64,000 bases of DNA, from the NCBI GenBank assembly GCA_965203175.1, contig OZ241867.1, positions 2,368,001 through 2,432,000 on the forward strand. The letters run 5' to 3'. Below the pieces are notes generated by a model. That model had not been told where the DNA came from. It saw only the letters and a program-made list of their open reading frames with translations, and searched no databases. This DNA comes from Candidatus Latescibacterota bacterium. GTDB taxonomy: Bacteria > Latescibacterota > UBA2968 > UBA8231. This document shows, piece after piece, positions 35,473-45,831 of this stretch. The position numbers were made by a program, and so were the translations under genes. Numbering within the stretch: the first letter of the stretch is position 1; each line of letters opens with the position of its first letter.

Positions 35473-36696
35473 TCAGTTATGCACTAACGCAGCGTGCGGA
35501 TTGATGGGCAGTTCCAAGACCACACAGGCCCCTTGGGCGCAGTCTGCGACGAATAGGCGGCCGTGGTGTTCGCGAGCAATGCCCGCGCATATGCTCAATC
35601 CTAATCCGCTGTGCTGGCTCGACGCCTTGGTGGTGAAGAACGGCGCAAAAATATCGGCCCGGATTCCCTCGGGAATACCCGGCCCATTGTCCTCGATCTC
35701 CAGCACAATCCAGCCCTGACAGATCGCGAGCCGCAGCGCGATTCGCCCCGCGTCTCGCACCTGCTTTATGGCGTCGCGGCTATTTTGGATGAGGTTGAGG
35801 ACGACCTGTTGGAGTTGGCCGGCATGAGCCTTGATATAGGGCAGGTTTGGGGCTAGGTCCTCGGCGATTTCAATCTGGTCTTTCAGGAGCGTCCGGCGCA
35901 TCAGCAGGACTGTCTCCTGCACGAGGTGGGTGAAGTTGACCCACTCTTTTTGGGGCTTCTGTTGGCGCGCACACGCCAACAGCCGCTCGCTGGTGCCGCG
36001 CGCCTGCAAGCCGGCCTCGTACACGGCTTGTACGCCGTTGCGGACTGCCGGTGCTAAGTCGCCTTCGCGCAGCAGGCTGATCTCGCCGATGATCGCCTCT
36101 AAGTATTGGTTGATTTCGCCCGCGAACGCGGCCGTCAATTGCCCCATCACCTGTAATTTCTGCGCTTGGCGTAGCTGCGCTTCTTTGGTCTGCAACTGCG
36201 ACAGGTCTTCTTGCCGGTAGTACAGTCCGCTGAGGACCTCGCCCAAGCTCTTGAACAAGCCGACGTCTGCGTCGCTACAGGCAATGGCCTCTTTGCGATA
36301 AACGGCTAAGACGCCTTGGTCAAAGGTCGTTTCGAGGATGGCTTTGACGTTGCAACGCATCTGCTGGGCCAGCCAGTCGCATTCCCCGTGACGGTTCGGC
36401 GCTCGATAGCAGGTCGCGGCTGATTTCCACGCCCCCAACACCCACTGCTGTCCTTCTGTTAGCGGCGACCAATACCCATCGGCTGTCAAGGGATGGACGC
36501 GCATCTTGCACTCGCCGTTGTCGGCTTGCACCCGGTACAACCGGCAACCGTCATAAGCGACCCCAGCATGGTCCAGAGTCTGGCGAATCTGCGATAGGAC
36601 CATGAATTCGCCTTCCGGTTCTTTGTGTCGCCAAACCGCGAGCCGCAAGTCCCGCAACAGGGCCTCGTTGGTGTTACCACCGCTGTGTTTGCTCAT
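35473..36696 (-). CDS. Histidine kinase-like protein (GAF-like + HATPase) lacking the phosphoacceptor His
   Basis: N, G1, F and G2 boxes intact; the H-box reads GQLTAAFAGEINQYL. Confidence 0.85.
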   Translation of the reverse strand: MSKHSGGNTNEALLRDLRLAVWRHKEPEGEFMVLSQIRQTLDHAGVAYDGCRLYRVQADNGECKMRVHPLTADGYWSPLTEGQQWVLGAWKSAATCYRAPNRHGECDWLAQQMRCNVKAILETTFDQGVLAVYRKEAIACSDADVGLFKSLGEVLSGLYYRQEDLSQLQTKEAQLRQAQKLQVMGQLTAAFAGEINQYLEAIIGEISLLREGDLAPAVRNGVQAVYEAGLQARGTSERLLACARQQKPQKEWVNFTHLVQETVLLMRRTLLKDQIEIAEDLAPNLPYIKAHAGQLQQVVLNLIQNSRDAIKQVRDAGRIALRLAICQGWIVLEIEDNGPGIPEGIRADIFAPFFTTKASSQHSGLGLSICAGIAREHHGRLFVADCAQGACVVLELPINPHAALVHN

Positions 36697-36993
36697 GGTA
36701 CGACCCGTATTCCGATGTTAAACAAACGTTTGCAAAACGAGGTAATACCACAAATAATTTTTCAAAAAGTCAAGGATAAACGACGAGTTAGAAACACGCG
36801 ATTTTACCCCGTTTGCCCGTAGTGACGGCTAAATTGTCGGAGTCCCTATAAACGGCAACTCTCTTGTCGCAAACAGCTCGCCCACACAGTGGAGACGCAA
36901 AATTGGCCTCTGCGATTCGTCCTTGGGTGTTGACAAAGTGATGCGCTCTATTTGTGTTTGATGCGCTGTCCAATCAAGTCCAAAGAAGCCCGA

Positions 36994-38292
36994 ATGGAAA
37001 CAAATCACACGCCGCAACAAGAACGCGCCATCCTCGTCGGCGTTTCCCTGCCCACGATGCCAGCTTGGGAGGCCGAACATTCCCTCGACGAACTCGGCCG
37101 TTTAGCCGCCACTGCTGGCCTCGTCGAAGCCGAGCGCCAGATCCAAGGGCGCGACCGCATTGACCCGACCTACTACGTCGGCAAGGGCAAGGCCGCCTCC
37201 CTCAAGCAGCTTGCAGCCCAGTGCCAAGCCGATGTGATCGTCTTTGACAACGATCTCTCGCCAGCCCAGATGCGCAACTTGGAGCGCGTCACCAAACGCC
37301 GCATTATCGACCGCAGCGCCGTGATCTTGGACATTTTCGCGCGTCACGCTCGCACCCACACGGCTCAGCTCCAAGTCGAACTGGCCCAGCTCAACTACCT
37401 CCTGCCGCGCCTGACTCGCTACTGGACCCACCTGTCGCGCCAAGCCGGTGGAGGAGCCATCCGCGGGATGGGAGCAGCCGGCGTCCGCGGCCCGGGCGAA
37501 ACCCAATTGGAAATCGACCGCCGCCTGATTCGTCGTCAGATCAACTCCCTAGAGGCCAAGCTCGATAAGATCGGCGTGCAGATGGCGACCAACCGCAAAA
37601 ATCGCGCGGATGTTTTTAAGGTAGCTCTCGTGGGTTATACCAACGCTGGCAAGTCCACCCTGATGAGGGCGCTCTCTGGCGCGGATGTGCTAGTCGAGGA
37701 CCAGCTTTTTGCCACCTTGGACTCGACCACCCGCGCCGTTGATCTCGACCGCAACCACAAGATTCTGCTCACCGACACGGTCGGCTTCATCAACCGCCTG
37801 CCCCACCACCTGTTTGCCTCTTTCCGCGCCACGCTCGAAGAGGCCGTGGAGGCCGATTTGCTGCTCCACGTGATCGACTTGAGTTTTCCGTACTACGAGT
37901 CGCAGATCGCCACGGTTGATCAAGTTCTCCACAACCTCGGGCTTGCGGACAGCCCCACCCTGATGGTGTACAACAAAATCGACCAAGTAGCCCCCGGCGA
38001 AGAAGAGCGGATCGCGGCCGCGTACGCAGATCGCGAAGACGCCATCGCCGTCTCGGCTAGCCAAGCCATTAACCTCGACGCACTGCGCGACAAAATCCGC
38101 GCGTACAGCGTCGCTGGGGATGTCACCTTGGAGCTTCAGGTTCCCCAAGCCGAAGGTCGGCTCTTGGCCCATTTGCATCGGCAGGGTCAGGTGCTCGCAG
38201 AGACCTACAAGGGCAACGACGTCTGCCTGTGCGTGCGCTTGGAAAAGACCTGGGCCGAGCGCTGGCGGCTAGATCGCTTCGTCCCCACCTAG
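36994..38292 (+). CDS. hflX: Ribosome-splitting GTPase HflX
   Basis: GPGETQLEIDRR, VGYTNAGKSTL, DTVGF and NKID motifs. Confidence 0.96.
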   Translation: METNHTPQQERAILVGVSLPTMPAWEAEHSLDELGRLAATAGLVEAERQIQGRDRIDPTYYVGKGKAASLKQLAAQCQADVIVFDNDLSPAQMRNLERVTKRRIIDRSAVILDIFARHARTHTAQLQVELAQLNYLLPRLTRYWTHLSRQAGGGAIRGMGAAGVRGPGETQLEIDRRLIRRQINSLEAKLDKIGVQMATNRKNRADVFKVALVGYTNAGKSTLMRALSGADVLVEDQLFATLDSTTRAVDLDRNHKILLTDTVGFINRLPHHLFASFRATLEEAVEADLLLHVIDLSFPYYESQIATVDQVLHNLGLADSPTLMVYNKIDQVAPGEEERIAAAYADREDAIAVSASQAINLDALRDKIRAYSVAGDVTLELQVPQAEGRLLAHLHRQGQVLAETYKGNDVCLCVRLEKTWAERWRLDRFVPT

Positions 38293-38353
38293 CCCGACGG
38301 CTCAGACCTACTATCGCGATTGAAGGCCGTTGCACCAGCGGATAAAGCGTCGT

Positions 38354-39160
38354 ATGCAAACTAACCGAGAAACGGAACCACAACTCGCCTTCGCCGTAAC
38401 CACCATTTCGCGCCCCGGCCCTCGGGAGCTTGCGAATGCACATTGCCTTGCCGACGAAATTGGCTACCGCTATGTACCCCGCGCCCGCCGCTCGCTCTCT
38501 GGAATTGCCGCGGCCGAGGCACTCACGGGCCTGATCGTCGTCGAGCGCGGTAATCTCAACCTCTGGATCGCTGGACGGTGCCTCCGCTACCATCCCAACA
38601 TGGCCAAATTGCGGATCCTCGCCTTGGAACAAGGCAAACACGACATTTTGGTTGATGCCCTGCAGCTCAAATTAGGCGACTGCGTCCTCGACTGTACCTG
38701 CGGTCTGGGTGCGGACGCTATCGTTGCCTCTTGCAAGGTCGGCGCGACAGGTCGCGTCCGCGCCCTCGAAGCCTCGCCGCTGTTGGCCCTGCTGGTCGAG
38801 CGTGGCATGGCCTCCTATGCGCTTGATGATCCGCCCGACTTGGCCCCTGCCATGCGCCGCGTCGAAGTCCTAAACGCCGACTATACTGACTACCTGCGCC
38901 GCGAAGCCAACAACGCTTGGGATGTCGTTTACTTCGATCCCATGTTTGGCGAAACTATTGCCGACGCTCAGGGCCTAGATTTGGTCCGCTGTTTGGCCTG
39001 GGTGGGTGGTCCGTCTCCTGCGGACCTAGGCGAGGCCCGCCGCGTCGCCCGCCGCCGAGTGGTGATGAAGGATCGCCGGCCCGGCCGCTTGCTCGCCCGC
39101 CTTGGTTTCGCCAAAGTCGAGGAGAGTCGCCGCGTTTGCTACGGCGTGCTGCCCGCTTAG
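38354..39160 (+). CDS. Class I SAM methyltransferase, RsmJ-like
   Basis: YHPNMA, VLDCTCGLGADA, DVVYFDPMF, RRVVMK. Confidence 0.8.
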   Translation: MQTNRETEPQLAFAVTTISRPGPRELANAHCLADEIGYRYVPRARRSLSGIAAAEALTGLIVVERGNLNLWIAGRCLRYHPNMAKLRILALEQGKHDILVDALQLKLGDCVLDCTCGLGADAIVASCKVGATGRVRALEASPLLALLVERGMASYALDDPPDLAPAMRRVEVLNADYTDYLRREANNAWDVVYFDPMFGETIADAQGLDLVRCLAWVGGPSPADLGEARRVARRRVVMKDRRPGRLLARLGFAKVEESRRVCYGVLPA

Positions 39161-39207
39161 TAGCAACGTTTCATCCGCCGCCTGTAGGGCGGTGCAAGGA
39201 ATGAATC

Positions 39208-39981
39208 ATGAATCTATCCTGTTGTGCTTGGGCCTTGACCGGCTCGGAAGAAGACGCCCTCACGGCGTTGACCGCTATCGGCTTCCGCTCCATTGACGTG
39301 CAGGCGAAGACCTTTGTCAGCCCAGAGTCGCGAGCGCGCATCGACGACCTCGGCCTGTCGGTTTCCTGCCTCGCGCTGTGTTTTAACATGGAAGACGGCA
39401 CGGCCCTCGACGGCGCAACAGCCGCCGCTCGACAAGCCGCCCTCGATCACTGCCGGGAGGCCCTGGACCAAGCTGCTGCCCTCGATGCCAGCACTGCGTA
39501 CATAGTCCCAGGGACCGATCCAGCCGCGCTACCTCAGTTTAGTGAGGCCTTGGGGCAAGTGGCGGACTTCGCGGCTGTACGCGCGATCCGCGTCGGGGTT
39601 GAACACTTCCCTGGCAAGGCGCTGCCGACGGCCGCCGGGACTTTGGAGTACTTGTCCAGCCTAAACCACCCCAACCTCTACTTGCTCCTCGACACCGGCC
39701 ACCTACAGATGTCCAAGGAAAATCCGGCCGAGGTCATAGCCGCCGCCGGAGACCGACTCGGATACGTGCACCTAGATGACAACGACGGGGAGGGCGATTT
39801 GCACTGGTCCTTGCTGGAGGGCGTGCTGACCGAAGAAGCGCTAGCCGCGACTTTCTCCGCCCTCGCCCTAAGCCCATACGCTGGCCCGGCGAGCATTGAA
39901 CTCAGCCCTCAACTCTCCGACCCTGTAGCCGCCCTAACCCAAAGCCGCGCTCGTGCCCTGCAAGCGGCTAAAAGAGAGTAG
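39208..39981 (+). CDS. Sugar phosphate isomerase/epimerase (TIM barrel)
   Basis: EHFP, LDTGH, YVHLDDNDG and IE motifs. Confidence 0.85.
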   Translation: MNLSCCAWALTGSEEDALTALTAIGFRSIDVQAKTFVSPESRARIDDLGLSVSCLALCFNMEDGTALDGATAAARQAALDHCREALDQAAALDASTAYIVPGTDPAALPQFSEALGQVADFAAVRAIRVGVEHFPGKALPTAAGTLEYLSSLNHPNLYLLLDTGHLQMSKENPAEVIAAAGDRLGYVHLDDNDGEGDLHWSLLEGVLTEEALAATFSALALSPYAGPASIELSPQLSDPVAALTQSRARALQAAKRE

Positions 39982-39984
39982 TCA

Positions 39985-41718
39985 ATGCCTATTTATATCC
40001 TGCTTTTAGCCACCTTACCCATCATCGCCTGTAGTGGCGGCGAGGGTGGATATGTTCTCAAAAAGGTGCCGCGCAACCGAACCTTGATCATGGACTGCTC
40101 CGAGGCCAATACCTGCTCCGGCCAGATTCAGGATTACAACTCCTTCAACCCCTTCATTCCGGGTGGCATCTCGCGGATAGGATATAACTTTCTCTACGAG
40201 CCGCTCTACTTTTTCAATGCCTACGAGGAAAATTCTGAGCTAACACCCTGGATCGCCGAGAGCCATCATTTCAACGAGGACTACACCGAACTTGTGGTCA
40301 AAATTCGTCCGGGCGTCGAGTGGAGCGACGGGCATCCTTGGTCGGCGCACGACTTTGCCTTTACCATCAACATGCTCGTGGAGCACGCTCCACAGCTCGT
40401 GTACTCGACGGATATGGCGACTTGGGTCCAAGAGGCGGTCGCCCTCGACAGCTTGACGGCGCGCGTCGCGCTCAAGGCACCCAACCCGCGCTTCCTTTTC
40501 AGCTACTTCGTCCACAGCGGCGACCAAGGCGTCCCCATTGTGCCCAAGCACATCTGGGAAGGCAAAGATCCGCTGACTTTTTCCAACTTTGACTTGAGTA
40601 AGGGCTGGCCGGTTCTGACCGGCCCCTATCGCATTGTGCGCTCGGAACCGGCCCAACGGATCTGGGATCTGCGTGAGGGCTGGTGGGCTGAGAAACTAGG
40701 CTTTCAGGAGTTACCCCAGGTCGAGCGGCTGATCTACCTGACCTATATGGAGGAGCACAAGCGCGTGCAAAACCTGATCGCCAACAATATCGACACCTGC
40801 TTGGAACTGCGTCCGGCCAACATGGTCTCCTTATTGGAGCGCAATCGCAACATCACGACTTGGACGGGCCGCGAGCCGCCGTATAGCTACATCACTTGGT
40901 GGCCCATATCGCTGGGGTTCAATGGGCTGGAGGCCCCTTGGTCCGACCCGGAGATGCGGCGCGCGGTCAACTACGCCATCGACCGCGACCAGCTCGTAGC
41001 CATAGGCTGGCAAAACTCCGGTGCGTGGACCCTGCTGCCCTTGCCCGATCTCCCGCAGATGCGTCGGTACTTTACTCTCGCCGAGGACTTGGTCGCCGAG
41101 CACCAAGTCGGCGTCTTTGACTTGGAAAAGAGCGCTGAGATTCTCACCCGCAAAGGCTACGAACACAACGGGGTCTTCTGGGAAAAGGACGGGCAGCGCC
41201 TGAGCATGGTCATCGACATTTTCTCTCACTTTCAGGATCTGACGCCGGTGCTCATCGCCCAGCTCAAAAAGGCCGGCATCGACGCCTCCTTCCGCATGAC
41301 CTCGGATTTTACCACGCGCCTGCGCCAGGGCACGGCCCGCGCGTACCTAATCGGCAACTTTAGCTCTATGCGCGACCCCTATTTTGTGCTACGCCAGTAC
41401 CACAGCCGCTTTGTCCAGCCCACCGGCGAACCAGCCGATATGCCTTGGCGCTGGCAAAACCCGGCCTACGACGCGCTGATCGATCAGATGGGCCAGACCC
41501 CGACCGACGCCTCGGAAATGGACGAGCTCTACCGCAAAGCCATGGACCTTTGGCTGGCCGAGTTGCCCTCTATCCCCCTCGTCCAATGGCCGCACCGCAT
41601 CCCGCACAACGAGACCTATTGGACCAACTGGCCCAGCGCGAAAAACCCCTATATCAACAGCGCTTACTGGAGCCGCACTTGGCTCTTGGTGCTGCTGAAC
41701 TTGCGGCCGCAGGTGTAA
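39985..41718 (+). CDS. ABC transporter substrate-binding lipoprotein (family 5, peptide/oligosaccharide), no permease nearby
   Basis: Lipobox IIAC, WSDGHPWSAHD, TGPY, RRAVNYAIDR. Confidence 0.9.
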   Translation: MPIYILLLATLPIIACSGGEGGYVLKKVPRNRTLIMDCSEANTCSGQIQDYNSFNPFIPGGISRIGYNFLYEPLYFFNAYEENSELTPWIAESHHFNEDYTELVVKIRPGVEWSDGHPWSAHDFAFTINMLVEHAPQLVYSTDMATWVQEAVALDSLTARVALKAPNPRFLFSYFVHSGDQGVPIVPKHIWEGKDPLTFSNFDLSKGWPVLTGPYRIVRSEPAQRIWDLREGWWAEKLGFQELPQVERLIYLTYMEEHKRVQNLIANNIDTCLELRPANMVSLLERNRNITTWTGREPPYSYITWWPISLGFNGLEAPWSDPEMRRAVNYAIDRDQLVAIGWQNSGAWTLLPLPDLPQMRRYFTLAEDLVAEHQVGVFDLEKSAEILTRKGYEHNGVFWEKDGQRLSMVIDIFSHFQDLTPVLIAQLKKAGIDASFRMTSDFTTRLRQGTARAYLIGNFSSMRDPYFVLRQYHSRFVQPTGEPADMPWRWQNPAYDALIDQMGQTPTDASEMDELYRKAMDLWLAELPSIPLVQWPHRIPHNETYWTNWPSAKNPYINSAYWSRTWLLVLLNLRPQV

Positions 41719-41725
41719 GGAGCCG

Positions 41726-42066
41726 ATGCAATAGATCACCATGCCAAGAGAACCTTTATTGCGGCGTGGTTGGTGGCGTCGGCGCTGCTGCTTTTTTTGT
41801 TAATCGCGCTCTATTTTGTACCAGAGAAAATGCTTTTTGCCGCGAGCGAGGCTTTTAAGATGCCGCATCGCAGCGGGGAAACGTGCGCTTTGTGCGGCAT
41901 GACACGCGCATTCGCGACTATTGCACGTGGCGACTTTGCCACGGCCCTGATCTACAATCGAGGGGCAGTCGCCTTTTGCGGAGCGTTGTTCGCCAATCAG
42001 CTAGTGGTCGCCTTTTTCTTGCTGCGTCGAATGCACAAAAGGAGATACCATCATGCAGGTGCTTAG
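41726..42066 (+). CDS. DUF2752-like membrane protein, possibly frameshifted near the start
   Basis: CALCGMTRAF motif. The RBS-preceded ATG 41726 is out of frame with the body by one base. Confidence 0.65.
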
Positions 42067-42301
42067 TTTGCTTTGGGGAATTCTGGCTATTGTTGGAATG
42101 GTCGTGGGGTTTTTCCCGTGTCTCGGTTCGCTAAACTGGCTCAACATACCTTTTGCAGGCGTCGGCATCATCGTCAGCGGCATCGCACTGGCCGCGGCGG
42201 GCGACAGTTCCAAAAGCTGCGGCGTTGCTGGCTTAGTGTGCTGCATTGTGGCTCTATTTTTCGGAATTATACGCCTCGCGCTGGGTGGAGGCATTTTCTA
42301 A
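42053..42301 (+). CDS. Small membrane protein (3 predicted TM segments)
   Basis: AGGAG RBS; hydrophobic, FFPCLG...NWLNIPFA. Confidence 0.75.
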   Translation: MQVLSLLWGILAIVGMVVGFFPCLGSLNWLNIPFAGVGIIVSGIALAAAGDSSKSCGVAGLVCCIVALFFGIIRLALGGGIF

Positions 42302-42429
42302 CCATAGCAGGCAATGTATTCCACCAGCGGGCAGGGCGAACGCTATCTCTGTGATCTCGTCAACGACAGCTCGCGTAGAAAGCGACACTGACTTCCCGAA
42401 AGACGCTAAAAAAAGGAAGGACAACTACC

Positions 42430-42624
42430 ATGACACCACTGTTCGGTGCCATCAAGATTTGCCAGAATAAGAAGTTTGCTGATTGCTTTCGGAGCGGCAA
42501 TGCGATAAGTACTGGCACGATAGGCTGCGACCCACTTGTGTTGAACATCGGAGACCTAACCGACATCACAGAGTATGTGAGGACAGAGGATATTAACAAG
42601 GAGTTGCAGATACGCTCCAAGTGA
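42430..42624 (+). other. Short ORF, probable gene remnant
   Basis: AGGAAGG RBS-like sequence and 64 aa; lower GC; no family recognised. Confidence 0.35.
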
Positions 42625-42831
42625 CGTAGTGCCGCGCACACGAAGAAGTGCCAACCAATCAGCAGACGGTCCGGCATGTAAAATTGCAGCGTGGCGATTG
42701 GGAACGGAATGCCCTTGAAGGTGCGGATTTCGTCTTGTTCATTTTCCAAAAACAAGTTCGATTGCCTCGAAGGAACTGGGTAAAACCCCCTGATAGTCGT
42801 TTTATATGGCAAAGTGAGGTGTGTCATAAAA

Positions 42832-43875
42832 ATGAGAACGTTCAAGCTGTGGGCGGGTGGGGATGCGCACGTGGGCACGGATCTGGCGCGTGCCAATCGC
42901 CGTAGTCTTGCGGATGTGATCATGCAGGCCGAACAGGGCGGTGCCGAAGGTGGTCCTCCGTTCGAGTGGGATGTTATGCTGGACATCGGGGACCTGTCCG
43001 GGTCGCAGACGCCGCCGGATGACGAGGAAGGGGAAGAGGTGGTGCGGCAGTACAACGCGTCTACCAAACATCCCCGGGAAGATTTCTACAATATTGTGGG
43101 CAACCACGACGCCAGCGGCCCCGACGAGCCGTGCCAGTGGTGGTTTCGGAAGTGGGTGGATCCCACCGGGGAGAATTCCGAGTATTCTGGCGTTCATGCC
43201 GACCGGCGGCCCTATCTGATCGAGGGGACCTGGGAGCGGTATTCGTTTCAGGTGGGGAATGTCCTGTTTCTGGCTATGGGGGACCGCAACGACGGCGGTC
43301 CTCCGGTTGGGCGTGGTGAGAAAGGCGGATATCCCGCCGGCGCGGTGACGCGGGAGACGTTCGAGTGGTGGAAAGAGAAGGTCGAGGAAAACCAAGACCG
43401 GATCATTGTAACGGCCCACCACCATATGTTGAGAGACACGACAGTGGCGTCCGGCCCCTGGGAAGGGGTTGACGGAGGCTACCATGGCCGCTTTGCAGAC
43501 GGGGCGCCCATCGGGGCATCGTATCTCTACTTTGTGGGGGGAGAACCGGATGCAGGGGCATTCGAGTCTTATTTGGCGGCGAATCCGGGTGCGGTCGATC
43601 TCTGGCTGGGGGGGCATACCCATACGGATCCGGATGATACACACGGCGGGCGGTCCCACGTGGAGCGGAAGTGGGGGATGACCTTCGTCAATGTGGCGGC
43701 CATTTCGAAATATCACGGCCACAGGAATGTTTCGATGAGCCGGTTGTTGACGTTTTCGGAAGGGACGGCGGAGGTCAATATCAAGTGCTATCTTCACATG
43801 AGCGACTACGCACCTCAGGGGTGGTACGACAGGGCGGAAAGGACGGTGCCGCTGCGGCTGCCGTTCTCATATTGA
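42832..43875 (+). CDS. Calcineurin-like metallophosphoesterase
   Basis: DAH, GDL, GNHD, HH and GHTH motifs. Confidence 0.88.
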   Translation: MRTFKLWAGGDAHVGTDLARANRRSLADVIMQAEQGGAEGGPPFEWDVMLDIGDLSGSQTPPDDEEGEEVVRQYNASTKHPREDFYNIVGNHDASGPDEPCQWWFRKWVDPTGENSEYSGVHADRRPYLIEGTWERYSFQVGNVLFLAMGDRNDGGPPVGRGEKGGYPAGAVTRETFEWWKEKVEENQDRIIVTAHHHMLRDTTVASGPWEGVDGGYHGRFADGAPIGASYLYFVGGEPDAGAFESYLAANPGAVDLWLGGHTHTDPDDTHGGRSHVERKWGMTFVNVAAISKYHGHRNVSMSRLLTFSEGTAEVNIKCYLHMSDYAPQGWYDRAERTVPLRLPFSY

Positions 43876-43902
43876 CTGGCATGTAGTCCATTGGGCTCTG
43901 CA

Positions 43903-44451
43903 TCAGAACAGAATATCAGCAAACGTCAATAGCCAGGACTCGAAGTCAATACCTTGCTTATCCTCCTGAACCACTGTTTCTGACTGCCGAGCAGGTGGAG
44001 ATGCGGAACGCAGCACCAACTTGGACAAGTGCTCGTGGGCGAGGTGCCATCCTCCTTCCTGCTTGACCCACACGCTAGAGAGACGAAGTGTATGCATCCG
44101 ACTGCGCTGTTTTTTCATAGAGATTCTGGCATCCAGATACCCTGTCACCACAGCGGTATTCTCGAAGAGTTGCACCTCGATATGCCGGGGTTTGAGGTTG
44201 AACGTGAGTCCGGCCTTGAACCCGGACTTCATGCGGTCCCGATCGAACCCTTCGCGGAGCAGACCGCCAGATGAGGAGAAAATGGTATAGCCCGGCGCAA
44301 AACTGCGCCCCAGTACTTCGTGATTTTTGGCGGCAAAAGCTTGGTAATGATCCATCACGGCAGACCGTACACTCTCTTCGTCGGCGGAACCGCGGGCGGG
44401 CAACAGGGCAAGTGTGCACAAGGCTGCGAGAGAATATTTGAGATTATTCAT
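43903..44451 (-). CDS. Secreted NTF2-like/DUF4440 protein
   Basis: Signal peptide; VQLFENTAVV...SSVWVKQEGGWHLAHEHLS. Confidence 0.8.
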   Translation of the reverse strand: MNNLKYSLAALCTLALLPARGSADEESVRSAVMDHYQAFAAKNHEVLGRSFAPGYTIFSSSGGLLREGFDRDRMKSGFKAGLTFNLKPRHIEVQLFENTAVVTGYLDARISMKKQRSRMHTLRLSSVWVKQEGGWHLAHEHLSKLVLRSASPPARQSETVVQEDKQGIDFESWLLTFADILF

Positions 44452-44522
44452 GGAAGTGAGGATCTCCTTTCGAGTTCCGGACAGTAATGAAGCAAACGGA
44501 TAAAAAAATAAGGCGAAACGCG

Positions 44523-45758
44523 ATGAACCCCTACCAAAGTAATGTCTTTATTAATGCGCAAGCCCACCCTCCACCGGACTATGGTCCAACGCAGAAGGCG
44601 TTGCTAAATCGAGATGCCTTCGCCGATGTGGAAGCAGAAGTGACGCGCTTGCCCGGTTATCAACTGACGCCGCTAATTGCATTGAACGGTCTTGCTGCGG
44701 CGAGCGGTGTTGAAGGCCTGTGGTGCAAGCACGAAGGGTATCGATTTGAGGTGGGGAGTTTTAAACCGACGGGACCCGTTTACGCCATGCTGTCTGTGGT
44801 GAAGGGTGAAATCAAAAAAGCCACCGGTGTGGAAACAGTCACGACACAGGAGCTGATAAATCGGCAGTACGAATCGGTGACGAGAGAAGTCGTCGTCTCG
44901 GCGGCGACATCGGGTAATCACGGGCGAGCGCTGGCGTGGGGTGCCCGCATGTTTGGTTGTCGATGCGTGATTTACATGAACGATGGCGTCAGCGCCGGTA
45001 GGGAGGAAGCGATTGCTGCCTATGGCGCAGAGGTGGTGCGGGTACCGGGAAGCTATGATCGAGCGGTGCAACGCTCGTACGCGGACGCTGAGATGTTCGG
45101 CTATTTTGCCATATCGGATGAGAAATCGGCAGAGTATCCCCACATCTCCCGGGAGATTATGCAGGGGTACGCAATGGTCGCGGACGAAATCGTTCGCCAG
45201 TTCAGCGACGACCAGCCGCCCACTCATGTCTTTGTCCCCGGCGGCGGCGGTCGCTTGGCCGCGGCGACCTGCGGGCATTTGTGGGAGCGCTATGAGGGCA
45301 ACCATCCGCGGGTGGTTGTCGTTGAACCCACCGCATCTGCTTGCCTATACCAAAGCGCGATTTCAAACAGCGCGGCAACCGTCAGCGGGGATGGTCGGTC
45401 CGTTATGGACGGATTGGTCGTTGAATCTGCTTCGCCGCAGGCGTGGGATATTCTAAGGGCTGGTGCTTTTGCCTTTCTTACTGTCCCCGACGAAGCGGCT
45501 GTTGACGCCATGCGACAAGCGGCGACCGGTGTCGATGGAGATCCCCCAATGGTCATTGGTGAAACGGGGATTGCAGCGTGGGCGGGATTTCTGGCAACGA
45601 CCCGCGACGAGAATCTGCGGCAGCAGTTTGGCCTCGATTGCAACAGCCGCATTGTCATCATTGCAACCGAGGGGGCGACCGATCCGGAGGTTTATCGCAA
45701 CCTCGTTGGCGCGACGCCGGAAGCGGTTTTGGCGGGAACCGAACCTCAATCGGAATAG
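44523..45758 (+). CDS. Diaminopropionate ammonia-lyase-like PLP enzyme (fold type II)
   Basis: GSFK, ATSGNHGR, IMQGY, PTHVF, VVEP, GETG and TEGATDP motifs. Confidence 0.85.
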   Translation: MNPYQSNVFINAQAHPPPDYGPTQKALLNRDAFADVEAEVTRLPGYQLTPLIALNGLAAASGVEGLWCKHEGYRFEVGSFKPTGPVYAMLSVVKGEIKKATGVETVTTQELINRQYESVTREVVVSAATSGNHGRALAWGARMFGCRCVIYMNDGVSAGREEAIAAYGAEVVRVPGSYDRAVQRSYADAEMFGYFAISDEKSAEYPHISREIMQGYAMVADEIVRQFSDDQPPTHVFVPGGGGRLAAATCGHLWERYEGNHPRVVVVEPTASACLYQSAISNSAATVSGDGRSVMDGLVVESASPQAWDILRAGAFAFLTVPDEAAVDAMRQAATGVDGDPPMVIGETGIAAWAGFLATTRDENLRQQFGLDCNSRIVIIATEGATDPEVYRNLVGATPEAVLAGTEPQSE

Positions 45759-45810
45759 GCGAAAGGATCCCGCGATGACAACCGATCGCGAAAGGATCCC
45801 GCGATGACAA
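45759..45810. repeat. 23-bp direct repeat (45759-45781 and 45788-45810)
   Basis: GCGAAAGGATCCCGCGATGACAA occurs twice and contains an RBS-like AAGGA plus ATG. Confidence 0.9.
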
Positions 45811-45831
45811 GACGCGAATTTGGAATCGATT

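Noticed and set aside
45759-45810. CRISPR-like repeat
   Set aside because: Only two 23-bp copies with a 6-bp gap and no cas genes; it is a local duplication of an RBS/start.
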